In this document: positions 8,945 to 19,159 of the stretch, piece after piece
Layout of the letters: each line of letters begins with the position of its first letter
Numbering within the stretch: position 1 is the stretch's first letter
From: Blastocatellia bacterium
GTDB lineage: Bacteria > Acidobacteriota > Blastocatellia > UBA7656
Direction: 5' to 3'
Assembly (NCBI GenBank): GCA_963728545.1
Contig: CAVSKO010000002.1
Coordinates: 4,653,817-4,717,816, forward strand
DNA: 64,000 nt
The notes under the pieces: model-generated
What the model was told of the DNA's origin: nothing
Database searches by the model: none
Seen by the model: the letters and a program-made list of their open reading frames with translations, nothing else
Program-made: the position numbers and the translations under genes

Positions 8945-11455
8945 TCAGTTCGGCCTCGACGCGTCGGCGACCGAAGGCATATAAATGACGTTTCTGCCGT
9001 CCGTTCCGGTCTTGCGGAGCTTGCGGTCGTGTTTGTCTGAATACATCGCGCGGTCGGCAGCCATCAATAATGTGTCTAAAGTCGTGCCGTCCTGCCCGTA
9101 CTTTGACGCTCCCACGCTCACGCCCACCTGCACGTATTTCATGGGGCGCACACAGAATGCGAACTGCTCGACGGCTTTTTGCAACAGCTCCACCATCTTC
9201 TCGCACTGCTGCTCATCTATCTGGCTGATGAGGGCTACGAACTCGTCTCCGGCGTAACGCGCAAAGAAGTCATACTTGCTGAACTGCGAGCCGAGCATGT
9301 GCGAGATCGCTTTGAGGAAGTCGTCCCCGATCTGGTGCCCGTGCGTGTCGTTGATAGGTTTAAAGTTGTCCAGGTCCATCATCAATACGTGAAACGGAGT
9401 TCCGCTCCGCTCTGCGCGCGCCGCTTCTTGCTCGAAACGCAGTTGCAGGGCTCGCGAGTTCGGCAGCCCCGTTAAAACGTCCGTCATCGCGTCGGATTTA
9501 GTTTCAGCATACCGGACCGCGTTATCGAGCGCGTCGGACGCGATGCGGGCTACGGTCTCAAGTAATCTCAGATCATCGTTCGTGTAATCTACAATCGTCA
9601 TCGAATAGAGCGCGAGCGCGCCCAGCAGACAGTCGTCTTTTTGAAGCGGGAAGACGGCGACCGCCTTGTAGATCACGCCTTCGGGCAAGTGTACGTCGGC
9701 AAAATCGAGCATCGGGTCGGTGTGCGCCACAGGAGTGCGATTCGCCAGCACGTAACCTGTTATCCCGTCGCCCGGAACCACAGTGCGGCCCCGCAGAAAG
9801 TCTGCGTACGCGCCTGAGACATGCTCTGCTACGGCCATCCCGCTAAGTTCATGAAATCGGTAGATGGCGCAGGTGTCGAATTTGACGACGTAGCCGAGCT
9901 TGTTTGCGATGATCGCCATCGCGTCTTCTATGTTGAGGCTGCTGCCGAACGTGCGGGCAATCTCGTAAAGCGCGTAGACTTCCTGATGCGCCCGGCTGAT
10001 CTGCTCGCGGTAATCGGGCGCCGAAGCAGGCGGCTCGCTATGGTCTTGAGACAACCCTGCGGCGGGCGTCGCGCCGGAAGCCGTCTTGGGTAGCAAGGGG
10101 GCTGTTCGCTCTACCTCTTCGATGGCCTGCTCGGCTATCTGAGCCTCGAACTTCGGCAGGTTATCGATGAAGTAACCGACCACCAGCGGGTCGAACTGGG
10201 AGCCTGCGGCGCGGCGGAGAAAGTCTATCGCCTGCTCGCGCGTGAGCGCGCGGCGGTACTGGCGGTCTTCGTGCAAGGCGTCAAAGCAATCGACTACCGA
10301 GAGTATCCTTGCAGTGATGGGGATGTCTTCGCCCTTGAGCGCGTCCGGGTAGCCTCGGCCATCCCAGCGCTCGTGGTGGTGACGGACTATCGGCACGACC
10401 GGATAAGGGAAGCCGACACGCTCTACAATCTGAGCGCCGACTATGGTGTGAATCTTCATCTTGTCGAATTCTGCGGCGGTCAGCTTGCCGGGCTTGTTCA
10501 ATATGTGATCTGGGACCGCGAGCTTGCCCACGTCGTGTAAGAGCGCGCCTGCTTTGAGCGCCTCGATCTCGGAGCCCGACAGGTTATAAAGATGCGCCAG
10601 CCCTTCGGCGTAAATCTGCACGCGGCGCACGTGGCCGTGCGTCGTCTGGTCTTTCGCGTCAATGGCCGAGGCCAGCGCTTCGACGGTCGCAAGGTGCAGC
10701 CGGCTCACCTCTTCTATGTGCCGCGTCTTTTCGTTCATATGCTCGAAATAGACTTTGTAGGTGAGATAAGAGGCCACGATGATCGGCACTGCTGCGGCAA
10801 CGTAAATAAAGCCGTATCGCTCGATTGCAAAAAAGACGACGCCCGCAGTGATTGCGGCGGCAAAGAAGGTCCACGAAGTCCACAGGTAGCCGCTGCGCCA
10901 GAAGTGATAAACCGATTTGCGCGCCCTGCGCGCATAAAACCAGGCTATCAACCATCCATTAGTCAGATATTGAACAAAGGCCAGCGCGACCAGTGCGGGA
11001 AACAGAGCGGTGAAAGGAATGTGAGCGCCGCCTATGGGCCATTGCGGCGACTGGCCCAGCGCAAGCGTCAGCACCCACTGAAAGACTGCCGAAGAGCAGG
11101 CTACTGTTACCGCCATCAGGTTCGGAGCCAGTATCCAGCTCGTAGGGCGGCGGGCTATGCTGCGAGCGGCGATGAAGTTGTCTACAAAGCCCAGCAGCAC
11201 AGCCGAGGGTGTGCCAAGAAAGAAGAGGCCCAGAAAGATGAAAACGTCCGATACGCTTATACTCGCTTCGGCGTTAGGTATATGCAGCGGGTGGCGGCTC
11301 GCAAGCGTTACCAGGGCGACCAGGAGCGCGAGCTTGAGCCAATCTTCCCCGGTAAAGGCCGAAGGCAGCAAGGCGAGCGACGTGAGCGTGATCGCGCTCC
11401 CGACAACAACCATTATCCACCAGTACAGCTTGGATTCCAGGTTGAAGTCTGACAT
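8945..11455 (-). CDS. multi-pass membrane c-di-GMP protein: 7TM-like N-terminus, HD-GYP, GAF, GGDEF (AGDEF variant)
   Basis: HDVGKL ... HHERWDGRGYP (HD-GYP); a GAF-like middle; DLDNFKPINDTHGH ... RYAGDEFVAL (diguanylate cyclase with AGDEF instead of GGDEF, and no RxxD I-site 5 aa upstream). I chose the ATG at 11455 (MSDFNLESK) within track ORF 8945..11539. Confidence 0.85.
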   Translation of the reverse strand: MSDFNLESKLYWWIMVVVGSAITLTSLALLPSAFTGEDWLKLALLVALVTLASRHPLHIPNAEASISVSDVFIFLGLFFLGTPSAVLLGFVDNFIAARSIARRPTSWILAPNLMAVTVACSSAVFQWVLTLALGQSPQWPIGGAHIPFTALFPALVALAFVQYLTNGWLIAWFYARRARKSVYHFWRSGYLWTSWTFFAAAITAGVVFFAIERYGFIYVAAAVPIIVASYLTYKVYFEHMNEKTRHIEEVSRLHLATVEALASAIDAKDQTTHGHVRRVQIYAEGLAHLYNLSGSEIEALKAGALLHDVGKLAVPDHILNKPGKLTAAEFDKMKIHTIVGAQIVERVGFPYPVVPIVRHHHERWDGRGYPDALKGEDIPITARILSVVDCFDALHEDRQYRRALTREQAIDFLRRAAGSQFDPLVVGYFIDNLPKFEAQIAEQAIEEVERTAPLLPKTASGATPAAGLSQDHSEPPASAPDYREQISRAHQEVYALYEIARTFGSSLNIEDAMAIIANKLGYVVKFDTCAIYRFHELSGMAVAEHVSGAYADFLRGRTVVPGDGITGYVLANRTPVAHTDPMLDFADVHLPEGVIYKAVAVFPLQKDDCLLGALALYSMTIVDYTNDDLRLLETVARIASDALDNAVRYAETKSDAMTDVLTGLPNSRALQLRFEQEAARAERSGTPFHVLMMDLDNFKPINDTHGHQIGDDFLKAISHMLGSQFSKYDFFARYAGDEFVALISQIDEQQCEKMVELLQKAVEQFAFCVRPMKYVQVGVSVGASKYGQDGTTLDTLLMAADRAMYSDKHDRKLRKTGTDGRNVIYMPSVADASRPN

Positions 11456-11556
11456 ATCCAGTAGCCGCAATTTTGTCTTTCTGAGCCTCACCACTATAGC
11501 TACCCCATCGCCTTTCATCTGTGGCAACCCGCGCATCACAGCCTTGCTTCGTTTGG

Positions 11557-13695
11557 CTACTCTCCGCGTATCACCGACGTGTTGCTCGATGCAGTTGTCG
11601 AGCCTTCGGAGACAGTTGTTCCTTCCGACAGAGCTATTCCCTCGGCCAGCGCGATGCCTTCCGACAGGGTTATTCCCTCGGACAGAGTTATTCCTTCCGC
11701 CAGCGCGATGCCTTCGGCCAGCGCGATGCCTGAAACGACGGTTACGCCCGCCGACAGAGTAAGTCCGCCTGCAAGGACGTTCGGGCCGAGCCGCCCGGCG
11801 TTGTATACGAGAGCCTGCGTGACGTTCTTGACGCCCCCTGTCAGCACCGTCCCGACAAGGACAGGGGTGCCGTTAATTTTAATCGTCGAGCCGTGCCAGA
11901 GCGCGCCCGGCTTGTAGATCATCTGGTAGCGCAAAAACAACTCGCCGCCCGCCCAGGCATTGTACGAATTCGAAAAGATTACGCCGCTCGTCGTGCACGA
12001 CTGGCCGCTTATCGTCGTGTTAAGCGACGGGAGCGTGCTGTTGAGCGAAAGCTGGTCGCCGGGCTGTAAGCTCGATGCGTTGGTCTTCAGCGCCTTTGCC
12101 AGCTTCACGGCCGCGTCGAGGTTGAGAAGGCCCGCGCCCTGCTGGCAGATATTGGCGTTGTTGATCGGCTGGGCCGTGTACTGAAGGATAGCTTTCACAA
12201 GCCCCGGAGTGAGACTTGGGTTAGCTTGCAACAGCACCGCCGCCGCGCCCGCGACGACGCCCGAGGCTATCGAGGTGCCGCTGATCTTCATATATTCAGC
12301 CGAAGTCGTGTAGGCGAGATCAGGATAATCAATGCTCAGTTTGCCGCTCGCCGCTTTCGCGGTAACGATCTTATTGCCCGGCGCGACCAGGTCAGGCTTT
12401 AGCACTAAATCGTACTGCTTCCGGCCCAGAGCATTTACGCGGTAGCTGAGCGTGGGGCCGCGCCCGCTGAAATTGTTTACAGTGTCATCGCTTCTGTAGG
12501 CCGTCCCGCGCGTGTTCGCGCTTCCGACGGTGATTGCGAGCGGATCGTTGCCGGGCGAAGTGATCGAGCCGTAGACCTCATAGCCTCCCGAGTTTTTACC
12601 GGTGTTGCCGGCAGCCGTGACGATGACGATCCCGGCCCCGACGGCTCTTTCCACAGCCTGGCACAGCGGGTCGTTAAGAAAAGAGCCTACGGATGAAGCG
12701 CCGAGGCTCAAATTCACTACGCGGATATTGTTCGCGGCTTTGTTCGACACGCACCAATCAAGGCCACGTATAGCATCGCTCACCAGCCCCTGGCCGTTCT
12801 GGTTAAGAACGCGAACGCTGATTACATCGGCGTCGGTCGCAATCCCCGATATCTCCTGGTTCTTGCGCCCGGCTGCGGCGCCCGCGACCGAAGTGCCGTG
12901 CCCGTGTTTGTCGTTGGTCGTCGTTTCGCCCGTGACCAGGTTGACCAATTTCTTGACGCGAGAAGTGGTGGTGCTGCCCTTCTTAAGCGCGGTGTTTGCT
13001 GAATCGACACCGGAATCGAGAAACGCTATGCCGATGCCAGTACCCATCAGAGACGAGTTGGCGTTGCGCACGTTGGTGGCTCCCGTCTCGTCGTCCAGGT
13101 TGTTGTCTTCGCCGCTTTCCATTGCCGAAGTCTGACGGTCGGGGGATATATGAATAACATCATTGCGGGCGGCGAGGTAACATATCTCTGAGGGCGTCAT
13201 CTGGGCTGCAAACCCGTTTATAGAATCGAATCGATAAGCCGTTTGAATGGTCTTGCCGACCGTGCGCTGTCCCGCCAGCGCACGGCGCATAGAGCGCGCC
13301 GAAACAGCAAAAAGTAGATTGTCATCAGGACGATCCGCGGTCTGGACTATCACTCTTACCGGGCTTTCAGCGACCGAAATCTCGCTCTCCATATCATCAA
13401 AGAAAGCCAGCGACTGTTCTTGAGTTGCTTCAAAAGTCTGTCCCTGGTCTACAAGGACGGAAGCGAGATCGGGAGCAATCTTTTCGCGCAAGCCCAAAGA
13501 AAGCTGCATTATCGCTCCGTCAAAAGGGCCGGGTTCGTCTGAACTATATGTCGGCTGCACACCCATAAACACTTCTCTTGAAGCACTCTCCTGGGTGTTT
13601 GCCAGGGCTTGTGAGACGGGTAAGAGTAGTGAGGTAACTAGCAGAATTGCTACTAGCAGATTTGTTTTTCTTATTGATCTTTCGCCTCGCGTCAT
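11557..13695 (-). CDS. exported subtilisin-like serine protease (S8) with a C-terminal hexapeptide-repeat tail
   Basis: Catalytic triad contexts AFLDSGVD, HGHGTSVAGAAAG and SGTSIASGVVAGAAA. Signal-like N-terminus LLVAILLVTSLLLPVSQALA. The tail is GIALAE/GITLSE repeats. Confidence 0.9.
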   Translation of the reverse strand: MTRGERSIRKTNLLVAILLVTSLLLPVSQALANTQESASREVFMGVQPTYSSDEPGPFDGAIMQLSLGLREKIAPDLASVLVDQGQTFEATQEQSLAFFDDMESEISVAESPVRVIVQTADRPDDNLLFAVSARSMRRALAGQRTVGKTIQTAYRFDSINGFAAQMTPSEICYLAARNDVIHISPDRQTSAMESGEDNNLDDETGATNVRNANSSLMGTGIGIAFLDSGVDSANTALKKGSTTTSRVKKLVNLVTGETTTNDKHGHGTSVAGAAAGRKNQEISGIATDADVISVRVLNQNGQGLVSDAIRGLDWCVSNKAANNIRVVNLSLGASSVGSFLNDPLCQAVERAVGAGIVIVTAAGNTGKNSGGYEVYGSITSPGNDPLAITVGSANTRGTAYRSDDTVNNFSGRGPTLSYRVNALGRKQYDLVLKPDLVAPGNKIVTAKAASGKLSIDYPDLAYTTSAEYMKISGTSIASGVVAGAAAVLLQANPSLTPGLVKAILQYTAQPINNANICQQGAGLLNLDAAVKLAKALKTNASSLQPGDQLSLNSTLPSLNTTISGQSCTTSGVIFSNSYNAWAGGELFLRYQMIYKPGALWHGSTIKINGTPVLVGTVLTGGVKNVTQALVYNAGRLGPNVLAGGLTLSAGVTVVSGIALAEGIALAEGITLSEGITLSEGIALAEGIALSEGTTVSEGSTTASSNTSVIRGE
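11605..11766 (-). repeat. in-frame 18-bp tandem repeat (7 clear + 2 degenerate units) encoding G-I-[AT]-L-[AS]-E
   Basis: The protein reads GLTLSA GVTVVS GIALAE GIALAE GITLSE GITLSE GIALAE GIALSE GTTVSE. The DNA units ttccgacag.g.tat.cc are visible at 11605-11730. Confidence 0.85.
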
Positions 13696-13921
13696 TATTC
13701 TGAGGGACTCCTTGCTAACTTAGTACAATGCGTTCGACAATAGGGCAATTCGGATTCCTCGCCGCGACTTAAGAGCTAAAGAGTCCAAAAATAAGGGCTT
13801 TAATCGGACTATCGCAATTTCGGCGCAGAGCTATTCGGTCAAATTGAAATAAGGCGGATAACCGATGTCGGTAAAAATGGTTAAAAGATTGGCGGGCTTA
13901 TAAGCAAGTATTGACCGTTTA

Positions 13922-14650
13922 TCAACGCCCGGCAATCGCTTCTGCTTCCAGGCGCAGGCGGTCTAAGGTGGCTTGCAGCGCTTCTTGTTTTAGCGCGGCT
14001 TCTTCCGAGCGGGCTACGTATATGGGTTCGGCAATCATCAACACCGCGCGCGTGAAAGGCAGCGGTATCTGCAATCGGTCCCAGCTCGGCAGCTTGACCG
14101 AGCGCCGCGCGGCTATGTGAAACGGCAGTATCGCCTGACCCGTGTGACGCGCTAGCGTCACCGCGCCCGGTTTAGCGACGTAAGCGGGGCCGCGCGGGCC
14201 ATCGATTGTGAACCCGACGTCCATGTCGTTTGAGAGGCATTCGGCCATCTCGGCAAGCGCGCGGCCTCCCCCGCGAGTGGCTGAGCCGCGAGCAGTGCCG
14301 TATCCGAATCGCTTTATGAATCGGCCCACGTACTCCGCGTCCCGGCTCCGGCTCGACATCACCACGATGCCCCGCTTGCGCCAGAACCAGGTCGCGGTGA
14401 AGATGCTACTGTGCCAGAAGGTAAATATCGCCCGGTGGCCGCTCGCCAGTATGGTATCAATATGCTGGCCGCCTCGTATCTCCCACCGCAATGTCGAGCA
14501 GATCAGAAGGATCAATACATAAAAGAATATGTCTGCCAGGTGGATCATGACACGGTCGCTCGTTTTGTAACCGGATAAGTCTGACGGATCGTAGACGCGA
14601 CGCCTCAATTCGTCCGCATCTATCCGGCGTCTTTCTCTCTTTGTAGTCAT
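13922..14650 (-). CDS. DUF374 / lysophospholipid acyltransferase-like protein
   Basis: 242 aa with one TM helix (IFFYVLILLICS). Conserved FWHSSIF ... VMSSRSRDAEY ... FTIDGPRGP ... GAVTLARHTG pattern of the DUF374 LPLAT-like family. Confidence 0.7.
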   Translation of the reverse strand: MTTKRERRRIDADELRRRVYDPSDLSGYKTSDRVMIHLADIFFYVLILLICSTLRWEIRGGQHIDTILASGHRAIFTFWHSSIFTATWFWRKRGIVVMSSRSRDAEYVGRFIKRFGYGTARGSATRGGGRALAEMAECLSNDMDVGFTIDGPRGPAYVAKPGAVTLARHTGQAILPFHIAARRSVKLPSWDRLQIPLPFTRAVLMIAEPIYVARSEEAALKQEALQATLDRLRLEAEAIAGR

Positions 14651-14842
14651 AGTCGTGAATGCTGCGACCCGCTTGCGCGCGTGCCCCGGAGTTATTTGAT
14701 TTTACTCAGGACTCAGCACTATTCAATAATCGCGTGAGGGTGTCAACTAAAGCGGCCTGAAATGTTGACAAAGCCGTGCGGTAAAAGTAACCTTTTTTAT
14801 GAATCTTTTATCTGGAAAACTGCGTTTTATTTATTCGACATT

Positions 14843-15463
14843 ATGAATCAACAATCCAAAGTTAAAGACTTCCCCGGGCTTGTTCTCGAAGACGATCCCG
14901 ACATAGAGATTACATACCCGGAAGAGACGGGCGACTCGACCGGCCTGTGGGCTGAAATCAAATCGATCTCGCGCGATATAATATTCGCAGCCGTGATGGC
15001 TGTGCTTATAGTCGTGTTCGTCGTTCAGCCGGTCAAGGTCGAAGGCACTTCGATGCTCCCACGCCTGGAAGACAGCGAGCGCATATTCGTCAACAAGTTC
15101 TTATACAACTTCAAAGATATCGATCGCGGCGACATAGTTGTCTTCTGGTATCCGGAAGACCCAACGAAATCATTTATCAAACGCGTTATCGGGTTGCCGG
15201 GCGAGACAATCAGGATGGACCAGCGCGGCCAGCTCTTTATCAACGGGCGCGCTATGGAAGAGCCTTTTCTCGCGCCCGAAAAGAACATGAACCCCCGCGT
15301 GATAACTGATACATACGTCAAGCCGCACTATTATTTTGTGATGGGCGACAACCGCGACGCCTCGAACGACAGCCGTTCGTGGGGGCTTGTGCCTGAAAAA
15401 TACATTTACGGCAAAGCGATGTTCCGCTACTGGCCGCTGCAACGGATCGGCACGCTCGAATAG
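14843..15463 (+). CDS. lepB: signal peptidase I
   Basis: Catalytic Ser in EGTSMLPRL and Lys in IKRVIGLPGETI, plus GDNRDASNDSRSWG box E. ATG at 14843 within track ORF 14762..15463. Confidence 0.9.
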   Translation: MNQQSKVKDFPGLVLEDDPDIEITYPEETGDSTGLWAEIKSISRDIIFAAVMAVLIVVFVVQPVKVEGTSMLPRLEDSERIFVNKFLYNFKDIDRGDIVVFWYPEDPTKSFIKRVIGLPGETIRMDQRGQLFINGRAMEEPFLAPEKNMNPRVITDTYVKPHYYFVMGDNRDASNDSRSWGLVPEKYIYGKAMFRYWPLQRIGTLE

Positions 15464-15576
15464 AAAGGATGAAGGATGAGGGATGAAAAAGATGTCAGGC
15501 ATCACATCCGATCATTGGATTTGAGATTTGCGATTTCAAATTCTTTTCATCCCTCATCCCTCATCCTTCATCCTTT
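15464..15576. repeat. heptamer-built palindromic intergenic element, copy A
   Basis: Left arm aaaggatgaaggatgagggatgaaaaaga (15464-15492) starts 1 nt after the lepB stop. Right arm tcttttcatccctcatccctcatccttcatccttt (15542-15576). The centre contains gatttgagatttgcgatttcaaat. Confidence 0.85.
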
Positions 15577-15581
15577 TTAGA

Positions 15582-16802
15582 ATGTGGCTGCTCATCAAGC
15601 TTTTTTATAACCCGCTACAGGCACTGGCCGAACTTTCAGACCGCGCGCCCTATTTTGTCGGGGCCGCCCTTGCCTTCATCACAGGTTTTCTCTACTACAA
15701 CCTGCCGAGCGGCGAGCTTGCGCAGCTTCTATCGGGATTAAAGAATAACGGGCGCGGTCCCGCCTCGGCGATAGTTCTGGTTTATCTGTTTCGTTTAGTG
15801 ATGGCGAGCCTCGCGCCCGTGCTTTTTCTGGGAGCTATTTTCGTCCCGGCTGCGCTCTTTTCTGCGAGCCTCATCAACCGCCGCTCGGGCTTTCGCGCGT
15901 TGCTCAGCCAGGAATACGCGCCGCTCTTGAGCGCGATCTTTTATAGCTGGGCCGCCGCGCATCTGCTGATGTTCGTTCCCGCGTGGCTCCTATTTCAACC
16001 CGTAGGATCGCCGCTTGATCAACTCGGTATGAGGCTCGTGCCGCTTCCGTTCTTCATCTTCCTTGTCATACTCGCCGTCAGAGTCGTGTTGCGCATGAGC
16101 TACGGGCGGGCAGCAGGTGTAGTGGCGCTTGCCGCGCTTTCGCTTCTTGCGCTCCCGCTCTTACCGAATCTGCTTTTCCTTCTAACCTCGCCTTTCCTGC
16201 TTATTCTGCTCATCATCCTGCTCAGAAATCTCTTCGGCGATCTGCTAAAGGCGCAGATGTCGCGCGAGAACTTCAAGCGCAATCTCGAAATCTCGACCCT
16301 GAATCCCGCAGACGCTTCGGCCCACTACAACCTGGGATTGATTTACCAGCAGCGCCGCCAGTTCGAAGAAGCGCGAGCGTGCTTTGCGCGCGCTATAGAG
16401 ATCGACCCGGAAGAGGTTGACGCGCATTACCAGCTTGGCCGCATAGCCCGCGAGCAAGGAAGGCTCACGGACGGGATTCGCCACTTCGATAGCGTCGTAA
16501 GCCGAGACCCTCAGCACAGCCAGAACGAAGTCTGGCGCGAGATAGGTCACGCATACTTTCAAGCCGCGCAGTATGAAGACGCGCGCGCTGCGTTCGAGCG
16601 GTTCTTAGCCACACGCCCGTCGGACGCCGAAGGCCGCTACCGCTACGGGCTGACGCTTTACAACCTGGGTCGCGCGGACGAGGCGGCGACCGAGATGCGA
16701 GCAGTCATAGAAGCGGTTCGGACCTCACCCGCCTTCAAATATCGCGCCGAGAAACGCTGGATGAACGAAGCACAATCTTTTTTGCGCTCGCAATCGGCCT
16801 AA
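15582..16802 (+). CDS. polytopic membrane protein with C-terminal TPR repeats
   Basis: About 5-6 hydrophobic helices, then TPR-like AHYNLGLIYQQRRQFEEARACFARAIEIDP and AHYQLGRIAREQGR. The track ORF starts at 15528 inside the repeat element; the ATG at 15582 is more plausible. Confidence 0.7.
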   Translation: MWLLIKLFYNPLQALAELSDRAPYFVGAALAFITGFLYYNLPSGELAQLLSGLKNNGRGPASAIVLVYLFRLVMASLAPVLFLGAIFVPAALFSASLINRRSGFRALLSQEYAPLLSAIFYSWAAAHLLMFVPAWLLFQPVGSPLDQLGMRLVPLPFFIFLVILAVRVVLRMSYGRAAGVVALAALSLLALPLLPNLLFLLTSPFLLILLIILLRNLFGDLLKAQMSRENFKRNLEISTLNPADASAHYNLGLIYQQRRQFEEARACFARAIEIDPEEVDAHYQLGRIAREQGRLTDGIRHFDSVVSRDPQHSQNEVWREIGHAYFQAAQYEDARAAFERFLATRPSDAEGRYRYGLTLYNLGRADEAATEMRAVIEAVRTSPAFKYRAEKRWMNEAQSFLRSQSA

Positions 16803-16863
16803 AAAACAACTCGTCGCGCCACGCCACGCGACAGCCCGTCATGCGCTATGATACTTTTTAACT

Positions 16864-18045
16864 ATGGAAGCAATTCTCGCCCTCGAAGATGGAAGAGTCT
16901 GGCGCGGTCGCGGGTTCGGCGCGCCTAAAGAAGTAGTCGGCGAGGTCGTCTTTAACACCTCTATGACAGGTTATCAAGAGATACTGACCGACCCTTCCTA
17001 CTGCGGCCAGATAGTGACGATGACCTATCCGCTGATAGGCAACTACGGCGTCAACTCGGAAGACGCGGAATCGCGTCGCGTCTTTGCCGAAGGGCTGGTA
17101 GTCCGCGAGCTGTCGCGAACGGTCTCTAACTGGCGCGCCGATCTTTCGCTCGATGATTATTTAAAGGACGCGGGTATTCCGGGCATCTCCGACATAGATA
17201 CGCGCTCGCTCGTTCGCCACATAAGAGAGCGAGGCTCGATGCGCGGCTGTTTGTCTACGGAGCGGACGGATGAAAAAGCGATTATAGAGAGCGCGCGAAA
17301 AGCGCCCGAGATGGTGGGGCTGGACCTGGCGTCGGTCGTCACCTGCCGGGAGCCTTATGTCTGGACGGATGACCAGTCTTACGCTTACGGGTCGCCGCGA
17401 CTGCTTCACCCGAACGTCTCGCCCGTCGCCGCACAAACGGTAGAACAGGGCGCGGCGATCTTCGAGCCGCGCTTTCACGTGGTAGCTTACGATTTCGGTT
17501 TGAAGCATAACAGCCTTCGCAACATGGCTGCTCTGGGGTGTCGCGTGACGGTAGTCCCCGCGCACACTTCTGCGGAAGAAGTGATCCGGCTCGCGCCCGA
17601 CGGGATATGGCTTTCAAACGGGCCGGGCGATCCTGAGCCGCTCACGGGCGTAGTAGCAAACTTGAGAAAGTTGATCGGCCGCTATCCGATATTTGGAATA
17701 TGCCTGGGCCATCAACTGATGGGGCTGGCCTTCGGCGGGCGCACTTATAAACTTCCGTTCGGCCATCACGGCGGGAACCAGCCCGTAAAAGATTTATTAA
17801 CGGGCCGCATCGAAATCACCGCGCAAAATCATGGCTTCGCCGTCAACGCGGATTCGCTGCCGCAGGATTGCGAAGTGACGCACATCAACTTGAATGACAA
17901 CACGGTTGAAGGACTGCGCCACCGTTCTCTTCCGGTCTACTCGGTTCAGTACCACCCCGAAGCAGGACCCGGCCCGCACGACGCAGCTCCGCTGTTCGAC
18001 AAGTTCGTTGAGATGATGGAGCGAAATCGCCGGGGCGACTTTTGA
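16864..18045 (+). CDS. carA: carbamoyl-phosphate synthase small (glutaminase) subunit
   Basis: N-terminal [17 protein letters not shown] and the class I amidotransferase triad context GICLGHQL ... QYHPE. Confidence 0.95.
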   Translation: MEAILALEDGRVWRGRGFGAPKEVVGEVVFNTSMTGYQEILTDPSYCGQIVTMTYPLIGNYGVNSEDAESRRVFAEGLVVRELSRTVSNWRADLSLDDYLKDAGIPGISDIDTRSLVRHIRERGSMRGCLSTERTDEKAIIESARKAPEMVGLDLASVVTCREPYVWTDDQSYAYGSPRLLHPNVSPVAAQTVEQGAAIFEPRFHVVAYDFGLKHNSLRNMAALGCRVTVVPAHTSAEEVIRLAPDGIWLSNGPGDPEPLTGVVANLRKLIGRYPIFGICLGHQLMGLAFGGRTYKLPFGHHGGNQPVKDLLTGRIEITAQNHGFAVNADSLPQDCEVTHINLNDNTVEGLRHRSLPVYSVQYHPEAGPGPHDAAPLFDKFVEMMERNRRGDF

Positions 18046-18046
18046 A

Positions 18047-19150
18047 TCAATCCGTCTGCTGCACGCGAATCCCGCGCTCGACCACGCGATCAATGTCCGG
18101 CTCCTCTTTCCCGATTCTTATGCACGCGGCGAAATGATCGGGCGCGATCTCGCGCAGTCGCGGCTTAATCTCGGAGCACTCTTTTATCGCGTAAGGACAG
18201 CGCGTGTGAAAACGGCACCCGGCGGGCGGGTTGATCGGAGAAGGCACATCGCCCGTCAGCACTATGCGGCTGCGCTTGCTTTCGACTTCGGGGTCAGGGA
18301 CCGGGACGGCGGATATCAGCGCGCGCGTGTAAGGCATCAAAGGGCGATCATAGATTTCACGCGACCGGCCAAGCTCGACTATCTCGCCCAGGTACATCAC
18401 CGCTATTCGATCGGCGATGTGGCGGACGGCGCGCAGGTCGTGAGAGATAAAAAGAAAAGTTAGATCGAACTGCTTTTGCAGTCGCTCCATCAAGTTGATG
18501 ATCTGGGCTTGAATGGAAACGTCGAGCGCAGAGATCGGCTCGTCACAGACGATAAAATCGGGCTCGGCTGCCAGCGCGCGCGCAATGCCTATGCGCTGCC
18601 GCTGGCCGCCCGAAAATTCGTGCGGATAGCGTTTGATGAAGCGCGGGTTCAACCCGACAGTCTTCATCAACTCCTGCACGCGCGCATCAATAGCCGCGCC
18701 GCGCCGGAGCCCGAATGTTTTTATCGGCTCGGCTATGATCAAGCCTACGGTCATTCGCGGGTTGAGCGAAGCATAAGGGTCTTGAAAGATCATCTGAAGG
18801 TGACGGCGGAACGGGCGCATCTCGCCGACAGAAAGCCGCGCCAGATCAACAAAGCCGTTCTTGCGCGCACGCTTCGGCGCTTCCTCTTTTTCGCGGTTGT
18901 CGCCGTGATAAAGCAATTCCCCGCCCGTCGGCTCGACCAGTTTAAGAATCGCGCGCCCGGTCGTAGTCTTCCCGCATCCCGATTCGCCCACGAGGCCGAG
19001 CGTTTCGCCCTTGAATATATCAAAGGAAATACCATCCACCGCATGGACGACGCGACCCTTCTCGCGCCCGAGCGCGCGAGCCACCAGCCCGCGCGTCGAA
19101 AGATCGAAGTGAACCTTCATATTGCGAATTGAGATCATTGCTTCGTTCAT
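18047..19150 (-). CDS. peptide ABC transporter ATP-binding protein (OppF/DppF-type)
   Basis: Walker [10 protein letters not shown], signature [15 protein letters not shown], Walker B FIVCDEP, and the Cys-rich oligopeptide C-terminal domain ([15 protein letters not shown]). Confidence 0.9.
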   Translation of the reverse strand: MNEAMISIRNMKVHFDLSTRGLVARALGREKGRVVHAVDGISFDIFKGETLGLVGESGCGKTTTGRAILKLVEPTGGELLYHGDNREKEEAPKRARKNGFVDLARLSVGEMRPFRRHLQMIFQDPYASLNPRMTVGLIIAEPIKTFGLRRGAAIDARVQELMKTVGLNPRFIKRYPHEFSGGQRQRIGIARALAAEPDFIVCDEPISALDVSIQAQIINLMERLQKQFDLTFLFISHDLRAVRHIADRIAVMYLGEIVELGRSREIYDRPLMPYTRALISAVPVPDPEVESKRSRIVLTGDVPSPINPPAGCRFHTRCPYAIKECSEIKPRLREIAPDHFAACIRIGKEEPDIDRVVERGIRVQQTD

Positions 19151-19159
19151 AGCTGACTT

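Noticed and set aside
11605-11766. Regular 18-bp repeats, considered as a possible CRISPR or other non-coding array
   Set aside because: The units are contiguous with no spacers, in frame, and translate to a clean hexapeptide repeat at the end of the S8 protease. The plus-strand ORFs 11157..11762, 11521..11733 and 11579..11917 are by-products.
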